From positions 288,001 through 352,000 of the forward strand of contig CAWJGT010000001.1 in the NCBI GenBank assembly GCA_963842525.1: a DNA stretch of 64,000 nt. Reading direction: 5' to 3'. The translations under genes were made by a program, and so were the position numbers. The stretch is from an uncultured Holophagales bacterium (lineage in GTDB: Bacteria; Acidobacteriota; Thermoanaerobaculia; Multivoradales; UBA5704). This document shows, piece by piece, positions 27,815 to 36,014 of the stretch. How positions within the stretch are numbered: the stretch's first letter is position 1; each line of letters begins with the position of its first letter. The notes beneath the pieces are model-generated. The model saw nothing but the letters and a program-made list of their open reading frames with translations, ran no database searches and had not been told where the DNA came from.

Positions 27815-28903
27815 GTGCGCCTCGCGGTGATCCTGGTCGACTATCACACCCCCGGGTTGGCCGCTGCGGCGGTGGCGGCGCTACGGCGGGACCTGCCGGA
27901 CAGCGGCTTCGCGGCCGATGAGGTCGAATGGCTCCTGGTCGACAACGGCAGCGACGAGCCCGGCCGCGCCCTCCTCGACAGCCTGCCGGTTGAACGGATC
28001 GACCCCGGTGCCAATCTCGGCTATGCCGGCGGCGTCAACCTCGGGGTGGCGCGGTCCCGGGCCGATCTGATCCTCCTGATGAACCCGGACGTGCTCGTCC
28101 TGCCGGGCTGCGTGGCCGCTCTGGCTGCGGCTCTGCGCGACGGCGCCGCGGTCGCCGGGCCGCGCTTCTGGTGGGACGGAGACCGGCGGCTGGCGCTACC
28201 GCCGTCCGACGTGCGCAGCCGCCGCGACGAGTTGCTCGCCCTGCTCGCAACGCGCGGAGGGAGCTGGGCATCGCGGGCCCGCCGCCGCTGGCGCCGGCAT
28301 GCCCGCCGGCACTGGCAGGCCCGGGGACCGCTCCGGAGCTGGTCGCTGAGCGGCAGCCTCCTTGCACTCCCGCGTTCGACCTGGGACCGGGTCGGACCGT
28401 TCGACGCCGGATTTCCTCTGTACTTCGAGGAGACCGACTGGCTGCGGCGGGTCGAGGAGCAGGGCCTGCCGGCGGTCTACGTCCCGGCCGCGGAGGCGGT
28501 CCATCTCCATGCTCAAAGCTCGGTCCGGGAGCCGCGGTCGCAGGAGTGGTTCGAGGCCTCGGCCCGCCGCTTCCGCGAGAAGCACTATGGCGGCTGGTTC
28601 GCCGGCCTGCTGGAGGGGCTCGACCGGCGTCTTCCCCGGGCTCCGCAGGAGGCCCTTCCCGAAGCACCGGCCGCCGGGCTGGACCTCGCCGGCTTCCCGT
28701 TCCCTCTCTGGGTCGAGGTCTCGCCGAACCGCACGGGTTTCCCGGCCGCCGCCGAGCGGCTGGCCGCGGCGCCCGCGGCACCCTGGCGGCTGCCGGCGGA
28801 AGTCCTCGAACGGCTCCCGCCCGGCGAGCTGGTCCTCCAAGTCGTTGATGAGACGGGGCTGGAGCTGGACCGCCGGACGCTGCGCCGGCCGCGTAAGGTA
28901 TAG
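27815..28903 (+). CDS. glycosyltransferase family 2
   Basis: LVDNGSD, NLGYAGGVNLG, LLMNPDV, FDAGFPLYFEETDW. Confidence 0.92.
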   Translation: MRLAVILVDYHTPGLAAAAVAALRRDLPDSGFAADEVEWLLVDNGSDEPGRALLDSLPVERIDPGANLGYAGGVNLGVARSRADLILLMNPDVLVLPGCVAALAAALRDGAAVAGPRFWWDGDRRLALPPSDVRSRRDELLALLATRGGSWASRARRRWRRHARRHWQARGPLRSWSLSGSLLALPRSTWDRVGPFDAGFPLYFEETDWLRRVEEQGLPAVYVPAAEAVHLHAQSSVREPRSQEWFEASARRFREKHYGGWFAGLLEGLDRRLPRAPQEALPEAPAAGLDLAGFPFPLWVEVSPNRTGFPAAAERLAAAPAAPWRLPAEVLERLPPGELVLQVVDETGLELDRRTLRRPRKV

Positions 28904-28986
28904 TCTCCCGTGGCGGCCCGGTCGGGTTGCACGCTTTGGACGCCCGGCGCGGCTCGCCCGTACACCGGAAGACCGGACCGATTTCC

Positions 28987-30117
28987 ATGACCGAATCCTC
29001 GAGCTCGCTCATCCTTGATCCCATTGCGACGGTTGCGCAGCCGGCCCTGCAACCGAGCCCGTTCCTTCATTTCGGCCCCGACCGCCTGTACAACCCGCTG
29101 ACCGACCGCACTCTGATCGAAGGCGAGCCCGGATACGAGAGCCTCCGCGCGCTCCTGGGTGGTGCTCTGCAGGCCGGGCAGGTGCCGGCGGCGGAGCGTG
29201 ACCGCCTGGTCCGGGAGGGCTGGCTGGTACGCGACGTCGAGCAGGCCTCGCAGGGCTTCCGGCTCAAGTACGTCTCCCTGGAAGCCCACACGGTCTGCAA
29301 CCAGGCCTGCTACTTCTGCCCGGTCTCGATCGCGCCGCGCGAGGACTACTTCATGCCCACCGAGCTGTACGAGCGGATCGTGGGCGAGCTGGCCGCCTGG
29401 CGCGACACGATCGAAGGCGTCTTCATGATCAATTACAACGAGCCCACCGTGGACAAGCGTTTCGTGGACCAGGTGCGGACCCTCAAGGCCGCCGGCCTGC
29501 CGCCGGCCGTGCTCACCAACGGCACCGGCCTGACACCCCGCCGCGTCGACGCGCTCGTCGAGATGGGCGGGCTGCGCTACCTCTGCATCAACCTGTCCAC
29601 CCTGAACGGCGGGCGCTACCGGAAGGACCGCGGAGACGACCACGTGAAGCTGGTCCTGCGCAACCTGGAGCATGCCCGGGACCGGCCTGTCGCCGACGAG
29701 ATGGAGATCGTCGTCCTGGGCACGGGCAGCCCCGAGCACCGGAACGACTTCGAGGAGATCAAAGGCCTGTACGCCGGCAGCCGCTTCCACGTCAAATATT
29801 CCGAAGTGATGGACCGCGCGGGCTACCTCCAGATCGGCCTCAAGCCCGCCACCGGCAGCCGCCGCCTCTGTGGCTGCGACAACGTCGGCTCGCGGCCTTT
29901 CCAGCACATCCACATCACCCCCAGGGGCAAATGCGTCCTCTGCTGCGAGGACTACGACGAGAAGTACGTCATCGGCGACCTGACCCGGGAGAGCGTCCAC
30001 GAGGTGCTCACCGGCCCGGCCCTGTCCCTGCTGCGGCGCCAGGTCTATGGCATCGCTGAAGCTCCCCGGGACTTCATCTGCAGCGGTTGCACCTTCGCCC
30101 TCACCCGTCCGTCCTGA
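28987..30117 (+). CDS. radical SAM protein with SPASM/twitch domain
   Basis: CNQACYFC (CxxxCxxC), NEPT, TNG; C-terminal GC...CVLCCED...IGDL...CSGC. Confidence 0.9.
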   Translation: MTESSSSLILDPIATVAQPALQPSPFLHFGPDRLYNPLTDRTLIEGEPGYESLRALLGGALQAGQVPAAERDRLVREGWLVRDVEQASQGFRLKYVSLEAHTVCNQACYFCPVSIAPREDYFMPTELYERIVGELAAWRDTIEGVFMINYNEPTVDKRFVDQVRTLKAAGLPPAVLTNGTGLTPRRVDALVEMGGLRYLCINLSTLNGGRYRKDRGDDHVKLVLRNLEHARDRPVADEMEIVVLGTGSPEHRNDFEEIKGLYAGSRFHVKYSEVMDRAGYLQIGLKPATGSRRLCGCDNVGSRPFQHIHITPRGKCVLCCEDYDEKYVIGDLTRESVHEVLTGPALSLLRRQVYGIAEAPRDFICSGCTFALTRPS

Positions 30118-30160
30118 GGCGATCTGGGCCGCAGGTGCCTGGCCACGCCGGCTGCTCTCG

Positions 30161-31204
30161 ATGCGGATCGCCTACGTCCTCCCCTACCCCGAGCTGAACG
30201 GGGGCAACAAGGTGATTTTTCAGCACGTCCGCCTGCTCCAGGAGAGCGGCGACGAGGTGACGGTCCTGGCCGAAGGCCCCCGGCCCGACTGGATCCGCAT
30301 CGACGCCGCCTACCAGGACTGCACCGCCGCGCCGCCCGTGCTGCAAGAGCAGGACCTGGTGATCGCCACCTTCTGGACGACGATCCCCATCGCCCGCCGC
30401 CTCGGCATCGGCCCGGTGGCCCACTTCTGCCAGGGCTACGAAGGCGGGCTCGTCCACCTGGAGCCTTTCCTTCCGCGGATCGAGGAGGTCTACTCCTGGA
30501 GGCTTCCCACGCTCACGGTGGCGCCGCACCTGGCGGATCTCCTGAAGAGCCGGTTCGGCCGCGAGAGCCGGGTCGTCCCACCGCCGCTCGATCCCCTGTT
30601 CCGGCCTTCCCGGATATTCCGCCTGCGGCTCCGTCCCCGGCGCCGCCCCTGGGTCGCCATCCCCGGCATCTTTGCCGCCGAGGTCAAGGGGGTACCGACC
30701 GCACTGGCCGCGGTGCGCCGGCTGCGGGAGAGCGGCCTGGACTGCCGGGTGCTGCGCTTTTCGATCCTGCCTCTCTCCGACGAAGAGCGGCGCCTGCTGG
30801 AGCCCGACGCCTATCTCTGCGGCGTCCATCCCCGGAAGATCGCCCGCGCCCTCCGGCACTGCGACCTCCTGCTGTTCCCGTCCCGGGCCGAGGAGGGCTT
30901 TGGCCTGCCTCTCCTGGAGGCGATGGCCTCAGGCCTGCCGGCGGTCGCGTCGCTGATCCCGTCGACGGTCCGGATGGCCGGCGAAGCGGCTCCGCTGGTC
31001 CCCGCGGACGATCCCGAGGCCTTCGCAACAGCCGCCCGCGAGCTGCTCGGCGACACCCGGGCCTGGCGCCATGCACGGGTCCGGGGCCTCGAAGCAACCC
31101 GCGGTTACCGGCCGGAGATCGTAGCCTCCCGTCTCGCCGAAGCGGTCCGCTGGGCCGCGGACCATGCTCTCCACAACCCGCCCGAGCCCATGCCGCCGGT
31201 TTGA
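30161..31204 (+). CDS. glycosyltransferase family 4
   Basis: GGNKVIF, DLVIATFWTT, FCQGYE, EEGFGLPLLEAMASGLP. Confidence 0.92.
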   Translation: MRIAYVLPYPELNGGNKVIFQHVRLLQESGDEVTVLAEGPRPDWIRIDAAYQDCTAAPPVLQEQDLVIATFWTTIPIARRLGIGPVAHFCQGYEGGLVHLEPFLPRIEEVYSWRLPTLTVAPHLADLLKSRFGRESRVVPPPLDPLFRPSRIFRLRLRPRRRPWVAIPGIFAAEVKGVPTALAAVRRLRESGLDCRVLRFSILPLSDEERRLLEPDAYLCGVHPRKIARALRHCDLLLFPSRAEEGFGLPLLEAMASGLPAVASLIPSTVRMAGEAAPLVPADDPEAFATAARELLGDTRAWRHARVRGLEATRGYRPEIVASRLAEAVRWAADHALHNPPEPMPPV

Positions 31205-31216
31205 TAGGCTCCGCCC

Positions 31217-31915
31217 ATGAGGCTCAACGCCGATCCGCAGGCCCTGCACGAGCAGTACGTCAGCGCCCAGCCGTTTCCGCACATCGTCATGGACGGCCTT
31301 TTCCCCGACGAGGTCCTGGAGAACGTGTTGGCCGAGTTCCCGCGGCCCGACGAGATCGCCTGGCGGAAGTTCGACAACGTCACCGAGCGGAAGCTCGGCT
31401 ACTGGCACGAATCGGCGCTGCGGCCCGACCTCGAGCGCTTCCTCTACCGCATGAGCTCGCCGCCGGTCCTGCAGTTCCTGCAGACCCTGACCGGGATCGA
31501 AGGGCTGATCCCCGACCCCTATTTCGGCGGCGCCGGCCCGCACCAAATCCTGCCCGGCGGCTACCTCAAGGTGCACGTCGACTTCAACTGGCACCCGCTG
31601 CTCAAGCTCGACCGCCGGCTCAACCTCATCGTCTACCTGAACAAGGACTGGAAAGAGGAGTACGGCGGCCACATCGAGCTGTGGAGCCGGGACGTCACGC
31701 GCTGCGAGCGGAAGGTGCTGCCCGTCTTCAACCGCACCATCCTCTTCAGCACGACCGACTTCTCCTACCACGGCCATCCCGAGCCGCTCGCCTGCCCGGA
31801 GGGGAGGACCCGCAAGTCGGTCTCCTTCTACTACTATACGAACGGCCGGCCGGACGAGGAGCGCTCGGCGCCGCACGACACGATCTTCCGCAAGACCCAC
31901 GACCACGACTGGTGA
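31217..31915 (+). CDS. 2OG-Fe(II) oxygenase
   Basis: QPFPHIVMD, LKVHVDFN (HxD), RRLNLIVYLN, SYHGHP, RKS. Confidence 0.92.
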   Translation: MRLNADPQALHEQYVSAQPFPHIVMDGLFPDEVLENVLAEFPRPDEIAWRKFDNVTERKLGYWHESALRPDLERFLYRMSSPPVLQFLQTLTGIEGLIPDPYFGGAGPHQILPGGYLKVHVDFNWHPLLKLDRRLNLIVYLNKDWKEEYGGHIELWSRDVTRCERKVLPVFNRTILFSTTDFSYHGHPEPLACPEGRTRKSVSFYYYTNGRPDEERSAPHDTIFRKTHDHDW

Positions 31916-31946
31916 GGGCGCGCCGCCAAAAAAAGTTGGCCCGGCG

Positions 31947-31976
31947 TGTCGATTCCGCGGCGCCTCGATCGACGTC
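31947..31976 (+). promoter_or_regulatory. ECF42-type promoter (TGTCGA ... CGAC/CGTC) upstream of the DGPF gene
   Basis: TGTCGA 31947-31952, CGACGTC 31970-31976; resembles the reported ECF42 target motif in front of DGPF genes. Confidence 0.55.
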
Positions 31977-32035
31977 CAGATAGAGCGAGGGTTTGAGGCC
32001 CGGCTCCGAACCTGAACCGACAAGGAGAGACAACC

Positions 32036-32452
32036 ATGAGAGCACTGGTGATCGTCAAGGCGAACGAGGACTCCGAGGCGGGAGTCATGCCCACCGAGCA
32101 GATGCTGACCGAGATGGGAAAGTTCAATGAAGAGCTGGTGAAAGCCGGCGTGATGCTCGCGGGTGAAGGGCTCCATCCGAGCTCGAAGGGCGTGCGCGTC
32201 CGGTTCGAGGGAGACAAGAAGACGGTGATCGACGGGCCCTTCGCCGAGACCAAGGAGCTGATTGCCGGCTTCTGGATCTGGCAGATGAAGTCGATGGACG
32301 AGGCGGTCGACTGGCTCAAGCGCAGCCCCTTCCAGGACACCGAGGTCGAGATCCGCCCGATCTTCGAGGCGGAGGACTTCGGCGCCGAATTCACTCCCGA
32401 GCTCCGCGAGCAGGAAGAGCGCCTGCGTGCCGAGATCGACGCGAAGAAGTAA
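32036..32452 (+). CDS. YciI/DGPF family protein
   Basis: GEGLHPSSKG, DGPFAETKELIAGFW, EVEIRP. Confidence 0.92.
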   Translation: MRALVIVKANEDSEAGVMPTEQMLTEMGKFNEELVKAGVMLAGEGLHPSSKGVRVRFEGDKKTVIDGPFAETKELIAGFWIWQMKSMDEAVDWLKRSPFQDTEVEIRPIFEAEDFGAEFTPELREQEERLRAEIDAKK

Positions 32453-32513
32453 TCACGTCCTGGAATGCCGCGGGACTTGCATTGACGCCCCAAAGGTGGT
32501 GTGATCGGTCGCC

Positions 32514-32846
32514 ATGACGGCGACCGACACCCATCGCACGATCGATGCAGTGTGGAGGATCGAGTCGGCCAGGCTCATCGCCGGTCTCACGAGGATCGTG
32601 CGCGATGTCGGCTTGGCCGAGGAGCTCGCGCAGGACGCGCTCGTCCTGACCGCCGAGCCGGCGCTCGCCGGCTACCATTTCCTGCCCAGCGTGCGCGGCG
32701 ACCTCCTCGCCAAGCTTGGGCGCCTCGACGAAGCCAGGGAGGAGCTGGAGCGTGCCGCCGCGCTGACGAGAAACGTACGCGAGCGCGATCTGCTTCTCCG
32801 CCGCGCCGCCGCGTGCGCGCGCGGACCGGAGGAACCGCAGGCGTGA
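32514..32846 (+). pseudogene. internally deleted ECF42 sigma factor (N-terminus fused in frame to C-terminal TPR end)
   Basis: IDAVWRIESARLIAGLTRIVRDVGLAEELAQDALV joined directly to EPALAGYHFLPSVRGDLLAKLGR; 110 aa versus about 400 aa for the family. Confidence 0.85.
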
Positions 32847-32853
32847 CCAAGCG

Positions 32854-33325
32854 TATCCGCCGTGGATGCCCCTATCTGGCGTAGCGGCCCCTATCTGGCG
32901 AAGATACCGGTATCCACCGCGACTTAAGCGTATCCACCGCGACATAAGCGTATCCACCGCGACATAAGCTTATCCGGCTCTGCTATGTCTTATCCACCGC
33001 AAGATAAGCTTATAGGCCGCGACATAAGCTTATCCGTCGTGTCTATCCTTATCGGCCGCGACTTAAGCTTATCCACCGCAAGATAAGCTTATCTGCCGCG
33101 CCTAAGGCTATCCACCGCGAGATAAGGATCTCCGCCGCGACTTAAGCTTATCCACGGCGTCTAAGGATATCCACCGCAAGATAAGCTTATCCACCGCGAC
33201 TTATCCTTATCCGCCGCAACTCAAGCCTATCCGGGACGTTTTGTGCTAGTCTGCCGCGAGTCAGGCTATTCACCGCGACTTGGACGGCTTTGCGACGTCT
33301 AGGGCCGTCTGCCGCAACCTGGGGC
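32854..33325. repeat. non-coding tandem array of about 24 units of 19-20 bp, consensus TATCCACCGCGAC(A/T)TAAGCT
   Basis: Units start at 32911, 32931, 32951, 32971, 32991, 33011, 33031, 33050, 33070, 33090, 33109, 33129, 33149, 33168, 33188, 33208, with degenerate units on both sides. Confidence 0.93.
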
Positions 33326-33345
33326 TCGCACTGTTGGAGGACGGA

Positions 33346-33849
33346 ATGAGCGCGAAGCTATCGATTGAGGAAGTGCTGGCGAATCTGGAGCAGCGTGCAG
33401 TCTTCCACCGCGAGCAGGAGGCCTTTCACGCGCAGCAGGAGGCCCATCACCGGGAGCAGCGAGAGGGCCACGCGGCCGAGCTCGCGTCCGTGCTGCAAAG
33501 CCTGGAAGCCTTCCGGACGGCAGCGGCGGCGGCGGTGGGCCTCACCCGGCCGGTTGCGGCACCCCCCGTCCCGGCCACTGTCCAAGAGGAAGAGCTTCCG
33601 CCCCCGGGCCGTCTGCGGGTCAGCGAACTGATCCGGAGGATCGTCCGAAGCCCGGGCCTGCAAGAGCCTTTCGGTCCGAACGCCGTGGCCGAGGAGTTCA
33701 ACCGCCGCTACGCGCAGCGCCTGGGCCAGGGCATCGGCTCGCGAACCGCCTCGGACGTCCTGCGCCGGATGCGCGCCGAAGGCTGGGTCCGCTTGGCCCG
33801 CAAGGGGAAGGCAGTCCACGAGGCGCTGTATACCAGGGTACCGGGCTGA
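33346..33849 (+). CDS. hypothetical protein: N-terminal coiled coil, Pro/Ala linker, C-terminal winged-helix-like domain
   Basis: RBS GGAGG; FGPNAVAEEFNRRY...SRTASDVLRRMRAEGWVRLARKG resembles a wHTH (inference). Confidence 0.7.
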   Translation: MSAKLSIEEVLANLEQRAVFHREQEAFHAQQEAHHREQREGHAAELASVLQSLEAFRTAAAAAVGLTRPVAAPPVPATVQEEELPPPGRLRVSELIRRIVRSPGLQEPFGPNAVAEEFNRRYAQRLGQGIGSRTASDVLRRMRAEGWVRLARKGKAVHEALYTRVPG

Positions 33850-33962
33850 CCCAGGGAGTGAGCCCGGCTCCGCCGGCTTTTCCTGGGACCATGGGCGTTG
33901 CGCTCATGCCGCTTCTCTACTGCGAGCGGGCCGGTCTACAATGTTCCCGAGGAAAACCAGCC

Positions 33963-34172
33963 ATGAACGAGCTGATCTTTGTCGTAGAGGAGGCGCCTGA
34001 GGGTGGCTATACCGCCCGCGCTCTTGGCGAGTCGATTTTCACGGAAGCGGACGACCTTGCACAGCTTCAGCACCAGGTGCGCGACGCCGTTCTCTGCCAT
34101 TTCGACGAGGAGGAAGCGAGGCCGAAGCTGATCCGCCTCCACTTCGTGCGCGAGGAGCTCATCGCCGTATGA
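33963..34172 (+). CDS. HicB-like antitoxin
   Basis: FVVEEAPEGGYTARALGESIFTEAD...VRDAVLCHF; ATGA overlap with a hicA-like gene. Confidence 0.75.
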   Translation: MNELIFVVEEAPEGGYTARALGESIFTEADDLAQLQHQVRDAVLCHFDEEEARPKLIRLHFVREELIAV

Positions 34173-34426
34173 GGCTCCCTCGTGATGTCTCGGGCCAAGA
34201 CCTGGCTCAGGCGCTCGCCTCACTCGGCTATCGACCCACTCGCCAAACGGGCAGCCACCTGCGGCTCACCACAGAGCAGGCCGGACAGCACCACGTTACC
34301 ATCCCGCGCCACGATCCTCTTCGGGTCGGAACTCTCGCCACGATTCTGCAGGATGTGGCCCAACATTTCGGCTGGACACGCCAGCAGGTCCAAGAGAGGA
34401 TCTTCGGCAAGACGCGGGCAGATTGA
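34169..34426 (+). CDS. HicA (YcfA) family toxin
   Basis: LGYRPTRQTGSHLRL, HVTIPRHDPLRVGTLATIL. Confidence 0.88.
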   Translation: MRLPRDVSGQDLAQALASLGYRPTRQTGSHLRLTTEQAGQHHVTIPRHDPLRVGTLATILQDVAQHFGWTRQQVQERIFGKTRAD

Positions 34427-34499
34427 CCTTGGCGGCGTCACTGCGGGTGATGCCCAGAAGCTCCGCGGCGCGCGATTGGGAGTAGGTGCCAGAGGATTC

Positions 34500-34757
34500 T
34501 GGAGAGCAGGAGGTCTATCATCGAGGGCAGCGAGCGGCCCACGCGGCCGAGCACGAGACCGTGCTGCGGAGCCTTGAAGCCTTCAGGACGGTCGCCGCGA
34601 CGGCGGTAGATCTCGCCCGGGTGGTCCCAGCGAGCACCGTGCCGGCCGCTGTCGAAGAGGAGGAGTTTGCGTCCCCCCGGGCGGCTGATGGTCTTGCCTG
34701 ATCCAGCGAGTCGTCGAGAGCCCGGGCTTGGAGGAACCCTTCGGTCCAGCCGCCGCC
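34500..34757 (+). pseudogene. degraded second copy of the 33346 coiled-coil/wHTH gene
   Basis: EQEVYHRGQRAAHAAEHETVLRSLEAFRT...EEEE and, after a frameshift, SPGLEEPFGP match the intact copy. Confidence 0.8.
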
Positions 34758-34828
34758 GGATTGGAAAGCCGAAAGCAGCTCCCGAAGCAAACTATCGCGG
34801 TGCTTGAAGATGAGGCAGGGTCGCTACG

Positions 34829-35821
34829 ATGCGAGAAATGGTGCTCACGGCTGGTGGAATACCGGTTAGGTTACTCAGCGACACCTTTGATCCTGTTGCG
34901 CGAAAAACGAACACAGTGATAGGTGTTCCCCGCAACGCATTTCCATGGAATTGGACTGCTCGAGCATACATTCTCGAAGAGAACCAATTTACCGGGCCAT
35001 TGTGGCCGTGTCCCAACGAAGACTCGGACTTACTTGAATCACTTCCTGTAAAGGCCGGTTCAGAAACTGAGACGTTCCGAGATTTCGTTGCCGCCCATCA
35101 AGATGCAATGGTCTTTCTTGAGCCAGCCCTACCAGCGGGTCACTACTATCCACGCATCTGGCGCGGAGGATACCTTCATTCTGAGCAGAACATCTGTACC
35201 TATCCCACGATCGAGGAGACTCCGCACTTCGCTTCATTTGTCAGTGGCATCCGTCGATACGAAGGCCTATGTCAAAGATTGATCGAGCTTTTTCGTGTAG
35301 TTCATCCAAGTTCCGACAACATCGCTGCGTATGGCGATGAATTGCGCAGTATTCTACTCTTGGCTTGCACGGAAGTAGAAAACCAGTGGCGGTCCGTGCT
35401 GAATGCCAACTCATATTCGAAGAAGCGGATGGCGACCAAAGATTATGTCAAGTTGCTCGATGTATTGCGTCTTTACAGGTACCGGATTTCACTAGCTCGT
35501 TATCCCAATTACGCGGCAGTTAAGCCATTTGGCGATTGGGACATCAACTCCCCAACGGCGTCCCTGTCTTGGTATGACGCTTACAATTCAGTGAAGCACG
35601 ATTCCGAGAACAATCTTAATCGCGCAAGACTGGACGTAGCGATCGATGCCGTTGGCGCCATTCTGGTGATGTTGGTTGCCCAATTTGGGCCTTTCGACGT
35701 CCGCGAGTACTTGCAAGATCGAACTTTTACGATCGACGATTTCCCCCGATGGACTCCCGATGCATGGTATTATAGGCCGCGTCCGCGGTGCCTTTGGAAG
35801 GAATGTAGCTATTCGTTTTGA
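34829..35821 (+). CDS. hypothetical protein, possible HEPN-like domain; lower GC
   Basis: 330-aa ORF; ILLLACTEVE and WYDAYNSVKHD resemble HEPN-type E...NxxKH motifs. Confidence 0.6.
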   Translation: MREMVLTAGGIPVRLLSDTFDPVARKTNTVIGVPRNAFPWNWTARAYILEENQFTGPLWPCPNEDSDLLESLPVKAGSETETFRDFVAAHQDAMVFLEPALPAGHYYPRIWRGGYLHSEQNICTYPTIEETPHFASFVSGIRRYEGLCQRLIELFRVVHPSSDNIAAYGDELRSILLLACTEVENQWRSVLNANSYSKKRMATKDYVKLLDVLRLYRYRISLARYPNYAAVKPFGDWDINSPTASLSWYDAYNSVKHDSENNLNRARLDVAIDAVGAILVMLVAQFGPFDVREYLQDRTFTIDDFPRWTPDAWYYRPRPRCLWKECSYSF

Positions 35822-36014
35822 CCTGGAAGGTAAGCCTTGGCAGAGATGCGGGCGTCTATTCTGGGAACGTCAACGACTGGGTGACCGTCGAACTGATGTA
35901 GCGCTTTTGCAGCGGGCTCCTGGCGGAGAGTCTCTCTGCCGCCGCGGCGTTACGGGCGGCCCAGGACGGGATCCAGCAGAAGGTGTCTACTCTATGGACA
36001 AAGTCATCAGGCGT

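Noticed and set aside
28987-30117. Radical SAM/SPASM as a maturase for the Cys-rich peptides at 46 kb
   Set aside because: It is 16 kb away, embedded among glycosyltransferases, and the peptides have Sec-type leaders consistent with disulfide bonding.
32854-33325. CRISPR or TIGR array
   Set aside because: The 19-20-bp period is too short for CRISPR, the variable parts are mutated versions of each other rather than unique spacers, and no cas or Nop-domain gene is recognisable in the window.
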